38,148 nucleotides of DNA from Thermoleophilia bacterium (GCA_025964465.1 JAOPYS010000211.1:1-38148); one strand, 5' to 3'. Shown: positions 32,601-33,498, counted from the first letter of the stretch. The notes: generated by a model from the letters alone, not told the origin. Numbers and translations are program-made.

Positions 32601-32996
32601 ACGTTCGACCCGGCCTCCCTCGTCGGTGACGCGTTCGCCCAGGACTGGGCGAAGTACCCGGACGGAACCGAGGCGAAGGGCGGCACCATCCGCCTCACGA
32701 AGCTCGCGGAGGGTTCGCGCGGCGGGTTCACCACGTCCGCCGAGGCCGCGAAGCTCGCGCGCACCACGCGCGCCGCCAAGCTGGGCACCGCCGCCGCGAC
32801 CGCCCGCTGGGTCGTCGTCGAGGGCGCCGACCGCCGCTTCCACGTCTACGAGGCCGAGCTCCTCGCGGACGCCACGAAGGTGACGGCCGCTCCCCTCGAG
32901 GCGGCCGCCACGCTGTTCGTGTTCGGCCCGGCCCACGCCAGCTGGCGTGACGCGTCCAACGCCTGGCGCGCGGGTCGCGACACCGCCAGCTCCTGA
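2670..32996 (+). CDS. Giant (10,108 aa) modular cell-surface protein: PA14-like domain, about 26 Ig-like tri-modular super-repeats, Calx-beta-like array, basic C-terminal region (putative adhesin/fibril)
   Basis: A single open frame of 30,327 nt, with strong GC3 codon bias throughout and no stop or frameshift. Conserved protein motifs recur in exact codon phase along 25 kb (see the repeat features). The GTG start at 2670 is taken from the ORF track and has only a weak purine-rich SD (GGGTGG), so the exact start is uncertain. The stop is TGA at 32994-32996. Confidence 0.85.
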   Translation: MTRSAQRVEALPRPAVASPVRPNLELVPDSAPTSRLLLVLPVLTIVILALASLAVVQTVRHGQRTGQWTPSTSFLNEARPLPDFVSTPLGDPVAGRAWKSAARFPAALGEPLQGGFSATQPRQVGFGMIGAAPTLDRSDYQQGVRFTTAEYDVVMDANAPDATIREQTVVREHQGLKTWRWNAYGPGPLTVASDGSIHFGNGGRILAPVLYTERGTRIAMPGLAWRVDGMQFSLTLDDSHLALPYVIDPDSIAPIIAIQGITSASPCTYVSSPTNIYVRSKGCAGSLTVRAKAFDPFEGVNDFPDPIGPACAPTATCDQNPVGLGTGTTAGTYGVAFNPAPPVLNTTGTANWTGASTVYQAGAPRGLKLQCWLDGGFSGPSSTGTDTRIDYDAQTLGTAQGFRNQHTDGAGQPPRTITSSGGHNASDISCYWTGYITPRGNNTGTYGFQTYSDDGIRLDIGASGVKGNEGGWTVENGCGGPTPTSCFWSAHGPNWSGVWTGGNGAANTAPATINMATQDDARALTVSYFERGGQSATGLIWDPPGTPTLDHGAIGAKPNYEVVPSDDYVQEIYYDQTYTWASDNNDPLAQQNAVTVTARDAGGRTANPTTTAPTTQPFTIWTDNDIPEPMKAWSMTVAPNWTTNANWTNDNTIAFNKQDDTDGTTGGTQSGIAPGTAGIVFRRIFAPLDPVTHDCGVPQPAQDITTTAGFTYNTATAQSYTDTVADGCYYYDYTRSDRVGNQAISRMTLTADPADTSTWLRVDTTKPVWSPGSFAFTAQPGSSSYVSWDGNTTTRTMFYNPTVSGAVKVSAGFTDDGRGVDRVLFPDPDGAGSGWPLGVVNDTTDNNPAPYSGIFSWNIGATSPGLLTAQAYDLVCPGTGSPNYTGYTAGGCTTTPTIANGPTNLTYTITADSSTPTGGTLFTQKPSPGCGTNMANLDYFSSNICVTRGGSAITDTGSQPDFANAKFERRESNFVAGACDPMTNTWALVPGSTLNPPASISDTSTTTGKCYEYRYAIPDKVSNWYYLTNGVVIRKDTVAPLGVINVITPNPTSGNVTISGSAADAASGVEHVELRYDSPTAGTTWVTYCPNPPVSGGNWSCTVDTSGFVPDGTYTFQLTVFDFAGNTFIPATETVVLDNSAPTVNTLTLTPNASPTKQFAVNCALPCTPRIYYNNSAGVTGSFDLTTTATDAQTGIGSVMYDDIDGVGTAWSPAGSVDSSSPYTTTFAWASGATAGPFLNATVANGGGKTVTQGFQVIADSTAPTGGTITSPAAAYNVLSVPVSFTTGTDGAGSGIGPVTVERRSGTLTGGTCNPAGGFAPVTLVAGNDTSVVSGNCYEYRVLVSDNVGNVFTSPITTPTKIDTVPPTGSMTSSVPSPWSGTVAIYGTSGDTNSGVSGITVTRTGTATPLCNNLAPATWGTSSPGCPFDTTTVTDGPYTITGVIKDVAGNTTTFTMNVIVDNTAPSMSFNVFTEGAGAQYQADDAGNPAKHWFNNAFGGSFTVSVHASDGGGTGVNNVTFPGLPPSGWTNGSLVDTTLVAPDIYDATYTWTACTVPACDPGSRTATGTDNAGRTATQSFIVQADTTVPTGGSITPPNGAQSATSAIIPFSVGTDTQSGIDLTNGYIIRRAQAGMTAGVCNAMGAFTQVGPVAPAGPSYTDTGLVDGQCYQYELVVTDRVGRTTTYANTNKVIIDTGLPGGTINGLPGYVSGVIAFSGTATDAATGPAAITLTWAASPGGTPTGTVCSGAGPLAVVPANSTTWSCPGFNTASLADGVYTINLSVRDAANNNSIPNSIQTTITVDNTNPSVTFTGFTPGSGPNFQSVTGTTLWFNPAQSGSVTVSATATDGGSGINNVLFPDIDGGGGSLWTPAGFADSSSPYSQSFSWTAGATSVGPQTIIATDNAGRTSTAAFTVSPDTTAPAGGSLTVTDQTINTTTNSGAITYTSGTDAQSGILKREVWRSQAVYSNGTCGSYSVPAFYALTVASPIVDSGLVSGFCYQYELHEYDKVSNVRTYNSAGTVRVDTVAPTGAVASLPAGPWGGTVLVNGTAGDTLSGVNNVIVTYDGPGTNDGTVCASPSLTGPANSKTWGTPGGCSWNTIALGLPDGSYIINIQVFDVAGNSVMGTSRTEIVDNNAPTPFTHLDYAEGAGGNFLYWNAVPGTPMYYNPTGAATFTVRMTAVDAGTGMNHVAFPSLGANWTPVGANVGGASPYSFTYSYTSSPANPGAAVATAYDNAGNTRTGNFTVTPDPAAPTGATLSVPGGIQSATSASIAFSTGTDALSGLGSWSLERRSGTLAGNVCTSWTGFTPVGGVSPPSPFNDTGLVSGFCYEYQLITKDRVDNAATVTDPTTFTIMVDGGNPSATMNPPAASISGNGNAITGTASDVQTAIDHVTVTYSGPASGTMCASIPTSPPGGGTWSCAFDTNPGPALPDGVYTLTVTSYDAANNNSGPVTRTVIVDNNGPVIAPLVLTPTSGTNFIFVAGTTAYFNPAGAGTIRVDASATDAGAGMQQITYPSMGFPAWTGGGPDTTVPYQMPYSWSTHAPGAANPGPKTLTAVDNAGNTSTANFTISQDATPPTGGTIDTTPQVRNTAGTIIALTNGTDAASGVKSRVLQRSQTGYASGVCNAGGWTVPATIATSPASPYNDTTIANGFCYRYQFVLTDNVDNVVTVADPDTVAFDNTAPTGTISGTPVGPSSGSITITGDAQDLGSRVASVDVRYKSGPSPNGSICLAPTLTPAAPTTNGTWSCGWTTTALLDGTYTLELTVTDVAGNTYVYTRTIQLDNNPPAVTFNSFVPTTNLQYQYWNGVVGQPLYYNPAFGGSFNVLINNVDGGTGAASVSFVDPDAGAAGWSLPQLSDTTPPTPFSAAFNWTAGAAQPGTQTATGFDVAGASATTTFNILQDTGLPTGGSISYPTRYTNAASATVTFAAGSDALSGVGSTAIWREQTTLAGGVCNAGGWTGFTSLVANPATPYADTTTADGFCYHYQLRVTDRVGNVATYNSTGPTEERVDRSPPSGNVNSAPVGPASGAVPLTGVSSDGASGINYVDVTYSGPASGSICASQPANWSCSWATGLLPQGVYTITATIRDLAGNVYVTSRTLTIDNTPPSIAFASFTEGTNPNYQFAVGSTMYYNPAGTGGFSVGMNATDAGSGMQRVDFPALGAGWLPGGTQSATIPAGTIYSGAYSWSATPTPPGTKSATAFDVAGTSATAGFTVTPDTSAPSGGSVSSPTVIQTTAAVTVTFGTGGDTGSGVGFWQVQRRATAYSNGVCATGAWLPWGPLVASNNAPGSTFVDTTVADATCYEYRLEVRDNVDNIMTVPATGITPVDLTNPNGAIDPGTPASPFSGTVSVIGTASDAASGVQSVAVTYSGPASGTICPTATAPGGNWTCSWPTGGLADGTYTLTLVVRDNAGRFSAPTTRVVVVDNLAPVIAFKAFAESSGAIYQYPNSSAPLNKIYVNTAQTGTTQVQFTVTDGGTGVQDLAFPGLGSNWSAGGADSTVTAPNQYDWNYTWTAGAADPGVKTVTARDNANNTSTSTFIVESDITAPGGGGLTVPNTTSNNASPTIAISASSDTQSGIFTTVLERRFGLLSPSGCAAPGGWTPIATNPAASYVDGPLTSGRCYEYHVLVTDNVGNVQTIPSASVYKLDTQAPTGNINVLPADPFSGTVTISGDASDALTGVSFVDVAYDGPGTTDGNVCLSPALSAAPDPRLWSCPWPTPLVDGTYILSLVVHDLAGNVSAPFTRTVIVDNVAPTISFLDVQETGGNNFQFTDVPAAKHYYNPNQTGTFIVRMNAADGGTGVKQVDFPTLAAPWTGGGVDNTGPTPYTATYGFSAVTLPSPGLQNAIARDNAGNTATASFQIEADSAAPTGGSIVVPNTITKLTSVTIGSTASSDSQSGIASVQLQRRQTTYANGVCDTASWSLFADHGPANPGTSYTSTVAGGFCYQYQRVVTDNVGNKQLDPSTNTVSVDTQAPNGSFNPTPAGPISGAATITGVASDSHSGVASIALTYSGPASGTMCSATLAPPPDPRGWTCAWDTTLLADGTYTMSLVVTDIAGNVSATVTKSMLVDNQAPTVTFLDFQEASGNGFQHWTGGASTKLYVNPTGTGRTNVRFTATDAGTGMNRIDYPVIGGGWTAGGSAAGAGPTFSFGYDFVAPVTGQGLKTVTAFDNAGNPRTATFDVELDSLPPAGGSITPPAGTATSATNITIPWTTATDSQSLLGSTEIKRRSTTYANGVCNAGAWTLPTSLSTTPASPYVDTTTSNGTCYEYSIIFTDNVGNANTIVGTNIVRVDRTIPGGTFNPTPASPFGGTVAVTGTSFDNESGVQSVDVTYTGAATGNICLGTTPTASWSCSWATGGVPDGTYIMHLTVKDFANNTYVLDKTIIVDNVAPVSSFGGFVEVTGAPYQFAPTGGTTMYVNPAQSGEFTVNINATDGGTGMNRVDFPTFAPATGWTPPGGSDATTPWSLNYLWSGPGAGQPGTVQAKAYDNAGNFSNVSFRVENDTAPPTGGSLTPLNITTNAAAHAVAFTLGADSQSGLGTVLLQRDAAPFSAGTCGAFPGTWVTIATNPTSPFSDTTTATGTCYKYQLIVNDNVSNPQTISSTNTFRVDRVVPTGSIDPAPASPFSGVKTVTGISGDATSGVSKVDVRYLGPATGNVCLGPASPTAWSCNWDTTTLADGTYTLELTVTDNAGNTFVTTRTPIVVDNNPPVATFVGFVEGTNGGSQFAVGSTMYVNTNTGFFGDFSVEVGATDGGTGVNGVTFPINGAGWTPAAPGTDNSGPYTQSYGWTAGAANPSLRTATATDNAGNSSTVTWTVTPDNLPPSGASISSPNGTTNAASTTVTFNKGTDGLSGVGTWRIQRAMRGITAGACTGAFSWVDVGPVNPGGTTWADSTIPDATCASYRLHVIDNVGNEVFQPNGSEVLIDRTNPTGLINPPNPTGVSGTGVAITGTSADAESGIAFVDVKIQGVAGAPGTVCLSPPSPTSWSCNWNSTLVPDGTYVIELTVHDKAGNTFITTQPVIVDNLPPVVGVATWTPQLNPSYQYVAAAAPSLLWFNPAFTGSARLDVAACDTSGIAGATFPDADGAGSLWAPSGGSTDTTADNTSAVCPAGQGGVLSGTYNWSVGATTNAGLNVVVTDNVPNSSSKTFEVRRDNTAPTGGSLNYSSARTKLNSSGNITFGSGTDGLGSGVRSFQVERQSYTLLADACTSPAGWTPVAPANTVSPVVDTTMVDGHCYEYRLVVTDNVGNVATYVDLQSDIVRFDQTVPSGAINPTPAGPIGGASNVFTGTSGDVHTAVDHVTLSWTGPQAPGSGAMCADPVPTASWTCTWNTTGFADGSYTMILTVYDLAGNIGNASRVITVDNQPPIVAFDSWTQSTNPQWQHVSGTRLYFNPGQTGGAQLRIQASDSGTGVNRVDFPDLDGGLSLWTPGATSNSAGPNPYLNTYTWAAGAASSGAVNAVAYDNAGNSSTVGFDVVADGVGPTGQTVNPPNSFTSSTTATVAFTTGSDALSGVGGWRIERQNAPLTNGSCGSYLGWGPVGGPDPSSPFVDTGLLDGTCYQYRLQVTDNVGNSTPATSLNEVKVDTSKPTGAINPAPASPWSGNAVPVAATSADTGSGVANARLSFAGPATGTICTEATAPAAFSCNWNTLVGVPDGTYTITLTVTDRAGNANNPGPAYQRTVLVDNNGPVIAFNSFVEGANPQFQFIKAGTTMYVNPLGNGGFDVLFDATDAGAGVNRVDFPDLGLNWSPSGGGSDTTGPTPYSQTYSFNTGNVAPSNPVDPIVTAVDNASNSSTATFKVLHDASAPTGGTLNVPALLTNGTSATIAWTPGTDALSGLGRVELNRRQRPYTGGSCTGAYGPFAVIATNPTPSYADTTIADGFCYDYSLTQYDNVENSSTTVDPAGDVVRVDRTPPSGTIDPLPAGPWSNTVTIGGTAVDTNSGLVDMDLTYGTPTGNACLNMAPGTPWSCVFDTHSMPADGTYTFTLVLTDAAGNVNSVPITRTVLIDNGGPTVSAVKWVETVNPQYQYVPTLDLTKLWFNPAQGGSARLEVTATDSGSGVDRVDFPTIGTGWTPAGATDNSAPNPYTNDYTWVSGASTLGSRNVTAVDLAGNATTSPFVTVPDPNLPTGGSISYVNGFTNSATPTITFTPGTDVDSGIGSWAISRETTSLTAGVCGTYGGATVVGGANPSGTTFADSGLVDGSCYRYSLIVTDNVGNVRTYTSPSEVKVDTTIPTGAIDVAPVGPVSGLTAFTGISGDGGSGVNTLTMTYTGPGTVPPCTVALPATVNPWSCGINTASYTDGTYTLSLVVTDRAGNNSTPFTRTVVFDNLPPALSFSSWVETTNSQYTHPVGNRMWFNGAQSGAFDLFMGAVDTGSGVANVTFPALGAGWTPGAPFVDASAPSPYTVSYAFSPSAANPGAQNAIGTDVAGNTGLGAFIVSSDTAPTTGSSLSYTGGNTSAASTSLTFSAGTDGTGSGFGRTQLQRRDATLSSSTCTSWTPFANLGAANAPSPYVDSTTADGRCYEYQLLVFDNVENIETVTPGTIVKVDRTKPVGAFTAPTAGQFISGTFAVTGTHSDTGSGVATFDITYAVTNSGSVCAAQTQASPFSCSWITPADGPYDLTLVVKDNAGNTSVPVTVSVIVDNNPPTVTFDSWLEGTNPQYQFAAGNKMWFNPANSGDFRLNMAATDTGSGVNRVEFPALGAGWTPAAMFADNVPPTPYQSMPYGWTPGASSPGAKTALGFDNVGNSATGAFSVQADSVPPSGATISYPGGWSTSTTVGVNFTTGTDLGGSGIGHHQLQRQSSPLVAGVCTAYGAWANIGPASPPVGTPYTDSTLADGFCYKYQVQVWDNVENRFDQGDSAEVKVDSTKPTGTIDPLPAYVSGNALSVTGTHADAASGVATFSVTYSGTATGSICAPTAAANPSPWTCTWDTTNAATPDGPYDITITVVDQAGNISVPFIESVIVDNGLPTIAFDSWVEGANPQFQNAIGNKMYFNPAQTGAFTLRMAATDAGSGVNRVDFPALGTGWSPAAPASDTSGPSPYDMVYAWTGPTPADPGAKVATAVDNVGNQKTGAFAVEADSTAPTGSTIVANIPPSGYTSGASVDVTFAPGTDSQSTTGEWQLQRQPGTLAAGTCTMSGSWANLGPLSPPSGVPYVDSSITDGQCYQYRINVLDKVGNVQTVTAPGTLKVDRTPPTGTIDTPVGPFVSGPITIGGTHADTLSGVASFTLTFTGTSSGTVTCSGAQPSPWSCPLVTNSIAEGLHTFLLTVTDLAGNVSAPITKDLTVDNLPPTILFDHWVENGGANYEYATTDTMYYNPAGAGSFTLHMTAADTGSGVNRVEFPALGTGWTPAAVTPDATATGTPATFDQMFTWTAGASAPTDPQNATAFDNVGLTATAGFHVLPDAVGPTGGAAVYPAATSNAATFDIGITNPTDGLSGLDTVQLERESAPFTGAACGTTWSPFTAIGPVNPTGTTVTDTTTVDGYCYRYRLLTVDHVGNVSTFPSTNEIRVDRTAPTGAFSTFDMDGPGPLAAVPAVAGMYVGNNFVINGSATDSGSGLTTVGVYATPTAGTEFVIEDPLLTGPNPWSTRWDSRAKPDGAYTLTAKVRDLAGNVALITINVIVDNTPPATALLDFVPGANPTFQYADNANDIQWYNPAVGGDFGVRVEATDSPGSGMARVDFPAIAAGWSPIPGFTDSSVGAVPPNSWGDTTNYAWTPTSTASNATPYNATAWDLAGNSRTVAFSVKPDSVAPTGGVISYPGGYTNVASVAVSVTSGTDAESGLRDAQIERRAANLVGDVCSTPYSAWASIGTPILTPTGTFTDTTVVSGRCYEYQVVVSDNVGNRTPATTVGPTIVKVDTDLPLGGFTAPAGPSVSGAVPVTGTSSDVTTGVAKVEVAYDGPGASDGTICTLNAPPTTVSPGWSCPAWDTTVASVTPDGTYVLTLTVTDLAGNVIASPKPTKTVIVDNTPPVIDSLTLFEGTTPLFEEIAPSGTEIFFNPAQAGNFRAEVVAHDDGTGMNHVAFPDIDGAAAGWTPDALSVAPGATVTTPYVANYSWVPGVTSLGTVNATAFDNAGASKTAPFKVTADATAPTGGSISTTNGWLVGPDVTVTFGTGTDDVAGVTGSGIGSWSIERRVAPIVAGVCDTANWSAAWTTIGGASPATPTLVDSTTLNNNCYQYRLAQVDKVGNRSTLDAETSPGVPMIVMVDRNAPTGVVNTPTTTWVSGPTNPVDGTVADGESGVARVDVRAVNIADPTLSNNICLSTAMTPAPAFGAGVATAAWAGCNWNTTIATADGNWKIEIEVIDLAGNRAKYSRTYLVDNLAPVTAFKQFVVGVNPGYQHIDPINPALLYINGSLSGTFTVEATSNDGAGAGVNDVTFPSLGAAPWATLPSSGIDTTVVPTDTYSVDYQWGTGATNPGVQTLTAHDKVTVPAGGHASTADFEVRVDNNAPTGGAVSYTNGWNPSSTVAIPFTAPSEPLGESGMASTQLQRMTGTIVGGACVMPAVPVWNNVGAANPTSPAPDSGLVDGMCYQYRIAGTDNVGNVAYYDDPTSFVLVDATAPTGTISNIPAGSGPANALSGDISTPPFSGTTSDGLNGSGVFSATVTFRDSSGTPKTCTITAPTPLNPWTCAWNTLSPFIASGTFTMELSVRDVAGNVSLPGTITRTVVIDNTPPTMSLSGLVEGTNAQYQFADLPGQTMWYNSNFGGDFRVEMDATDTPAGVHFVDFPDPDTTGTSWQLTGGTQQLTVKPSTTSTYSKQFTWTSTAADPGSQLATAYDWAAAAPPALSPNNSITAGYTIKDDPTDPTGTSISYFNGYVLPGAMSVTFDAGTDGTGVGIDPTLTRIERRSAPVSAPAGVMPTCPGPLTAAWSLWTTVVTGATSPWVDPTAVPGTVDGTCYEYRVYASDRVGNETPAVAPVAPSTAIVAQPGFVVTRDPACPPQLTEDQLAPGTPSCTLHVRLTTAPNTTATLNASAGLANPQVTVNGAGVTALTFDSSNWWTTQDIVVTAIDDAVDEVDPSSTNVSFTVTSPDPLYAPLLVADQVFSIKDNDTAKISIAPENAAPTVSSTDVTEGGVTDRIVVTLSSQPTSNVSVTPSAAPGPIGLVNDLTFSAPLVFTPANWNTPQYVTVTGFDDNIAEGPAPEVVPISWAFSSTDPFYSALPTPINPATGLAAGAEKASVTDNDQAAIQFDQAGPFNVKEGQPGHSWTVVLKSQPANNVTIKFQVSNGDIAMANDTFTFTPTNWNAPQTVTVNAVDDDIDEVDGETAQISLIVTSLDPGYNGAVLSPFDVTIDDNDTVGIVSDETAPENTTEGGAPATWKIHLASQPLSPVTIYPTPDPTQLTSSVVALTFLPSNWNTDQTYTVTAIDDPFAEGVHHAAVTYNVTSPDALYNGMTKSSTDVRITDNETAGVKLSKTRVHVAEGGFTDTYTVVLTSQPAGPVRIVIAGDADAVPSLQSLSDLDTSTSTVTFDIDPLLWNVPVVVVVTAVDDRISEGTPHTGTLHTVVASATDPAYSTSALVDPIVVPDVEALIDDNDVAGIEVVPTNSSTNVTEGGATDTYNVRLRSVPSNIVTVRMFPDDQVTVSPASLTFDSGNWDTWQSVTVAAVDDAKVEGLHQGLIKHVVDSLDPFYDGMRGDNIKVDITDNDAAGVKVDIAKGILYVVEGGVCDKASVSLTAQPAQPVTMKILPDPDKDVRVIPEIGVTFTSENWNIPQEITVCAIDDNVYESDEIKNLKVRTFSNDRFFNNGSWPDVTVQIKDNDGGVITKNEPYDGRDLEVYRAGFKAANFTIRLSQKPTKPVYVYVILPKELDTRGANKKSHQKLVLFDGKGPKGWQLPRTIRVYPNKDGSGKGTKRLKITFAVRSADRQFHLAKVKPVYVRISERWKPGTSSQSRDRTALGATKAPAPAPAPKPTTATPAEPKPVAPKPAAPVAPAPVTATLPATLPDTVLATLPPEPATFDPASLVGDAFAQDWAKYPDGTEAKGGTIRLTKLAEGSRGGFTTSAEAAKLARTTRAAKLGTAAATARWVVVEGADRRFHVYEAELLADATKVTAAPLEAAATLFVFGPAHASWRDASNAWRAGRDTASS
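2775..2846 (+). other. N-terminal hydrophobic segment of the giant protein (signal peptide or signal-anchor helix)
   Basis: Residues 36-59, LLLVLPVLTIVILALASLAVVQTV, are preceded by Arg35 and followed by RHGQR. This is the only long hydrophobic stretch I see in the protein. A possible ALA-S cleavage motif lies inside it, so cleavage versus anchoring cannot be decided by eye. Confidence 0.6.
3770..4300 (+). other. PA14-like (carbohydrate-binding/adhesin-type) domain-coding segment
   Basis: Signature spacing of PA14 domains: CYWTGYITPRGNNTGTYGFQTYSDDGIRLDIG (W-x-G-x-I-x-P...G-x-Y-x-F...DDG-x-x-L-x-I), then ...ALTVSYFERGGQSATGLIW (V-x-Y-F-E-x-G-G-x-A-x-x-x-L-x-W). Recognised by eye only. Confidence 0.6.
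4400..29510 (+). repeat. Coding tandem array of about 26 diverged super-repeats (about 950-1100 nt each), each built of three Ig-like modules (A-B-C)
   Basis: The in-frame Cys codon of the C-module motif G-x-C-Y-x-Y-x-x-x-x-x-D-x-V-[GSDE]-N occurs at 4851, 5697, 6678, 7671, 8664, 9657, 10635, 11625, 12585, 13548, 14520, 15489, 16440, 17391 (variant C-A-S-Y), 18399, 19368, 20343, 21309, 22266, 23223, 24201, 25167, 26205, 27243, 28311 and 29415. Module A: VD-x-x-x-PTG...SG-x-V-x-[IV]-x-G-x-[AS]-x-D-x-x-SGV...C...W-[ST]-C-x-W...DG-x-Y-T-[LIF]...D-x-AGN...VDN-x-x-P. Module B: F-x-E...YQ...[MLW]-[YFW]-x-NP...G-x-F...A-x-D-x-G-[ST]-G[VM]N-x-V-x-FP...W-[TS]-P...PY...Y-x-W-x-x-GA...DNAGN...F-x-V-x-x-D-x-x-[AP]PTGG. 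Module C: GTD-x-x-SG...R[RQ]...C...CY-x-Y. There are 24 A modules. The first two units are incomplete. Confidence 0.9.
29510..32010 (+). repeat. Seven tandem Calx-beta-like units (about 110-135 aa each)
   Basis: Recurring pattern: [IV]-x-D-N-[DE]-x-[AG]-[GKA]-[IV]... V-x-EGG-x-x-D/T...V-x-L-x-SQP-x-x-x-V-x-[IV]...L-T-F-x-x-x-NW-[NWD]-x-x-Q-x-[VIY]-x-V-x-A-[IV]-DD-x-x-x-E...[LF]-Y. The unit-closing D-N-[DE] motifs lie near 29866, 30269, 30604, 30936, 31324, 31656 and 31998. The family was assigned by eye; cadherin-like or other beta-sandwich families are alternatives. Confidence 0.6.
32013..32430 (+). other. Lys/Arg-rich, visibly lower-GC degenerate unit of the giant protein
   Basis: The segment VITKNEPYDGRDLEVYRAGFKAANFTIRLSQKPTKPVYVYV...KKSHQKLVLFDGKGPKGW...NKDGSGKGTKRLKITFAVRS...AKVKPVYVRISERWKPG contains about 18 Lys and about 12 Arg in about 140 aa. 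Lys is rare in the preceding 9,700 residues. It keeps a faint Calx-beta-like skeleton (F-T-I-R-L-SQKP-x-x-PV-Y-V). Confidence 0.6.
32436..32540 (+). repeat. Pro/Ala/Lys low-complexity linker
   Basis: APAPAPAPKPTTATPAEPKPVAPKPAAPVAPAPV, read directly from the frame translation. Confidence 0.8.
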
Positions 32997-33012
32997 CCGG
33001 CCGGCGGCGCGC

Positions 33013-33498
33013 TCAGCGCAGCCAGATCGCGACCGACTCGTCCTGCTTCTCCTGGATCTTCGCCGCCATCTTGGTGAGGTTCTCGTAGGTGCTCATCTGC
33101 ATCGTGTACTGCTGCAGCTTGGCCGGGTCCATCGTGCCGTTGCCGGCGGCGAGGTCGCCCTGGATCGCCTCCTGGATCTTGTTCATCCCGTTCTGGGCGA
33201 ACGCCGCGATCTTGGCGACGCCGCTCTTGAGCGCGTCGGTGATCGCCCCGCCACCGACGGCCGACGAGAAGTCGGCGCCGAGCTGCGGTCCGAACTTCGA
33301 CGTCACGAGCGCCTGTGCGGCGGCGTCGGAGGTCGACCCCGTGCCGGACGCGGGTGCGGGCGCCGGGTCGAAGCCGGTCTGCACCTGCGCCGCCGCCGAG
33401 CCGACCGGCGTGCTGGCCACCGGGAGGGCATAGGCCGAGTAGGCCGGCTGGAGGCTCGGCGAGGGCAGGAGGGCGGAGTACGGGCTGAGTGTCGTCAT
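33013..33498 (-). CDS. Hypothetical 161-aa protein: low-complexity Ala/Pro/Ser N-terminal half and helical-hairpin C-terminus resembling type III needle/filament-type subunits
   Basis: ATG at 33498 with the SD-like AGGGA 6 nt upstream, and codon bias consistent with its neighbours. The C-terminal 45 aa, GTMDPAKLQQYTMQMSTYENLTKMAAKIQEKQDESVAIWLR, resemble by eye the PrgI/MxiH tail (PSDPALLAAYQSKLSEYNLYRNAQSNTVKVFKDIDAAIIQNFR). The function is unproven. Confidence 0.6.
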   Translation of the reverse strand: MTTLSPYSALLPSPSLQPAYSAYALPVASTPVGSAAAQVQTGFDPAPAPASGTGSTSDAAAQALVTSKFGPQLGADFSSAVGGGAITDALKSGVAKIAAFAQNGMNKIQEAIQGDLAAGNGTMDPAKLQQYTMQMSTYENLTKMAAKIQEKQDESVAIWLR

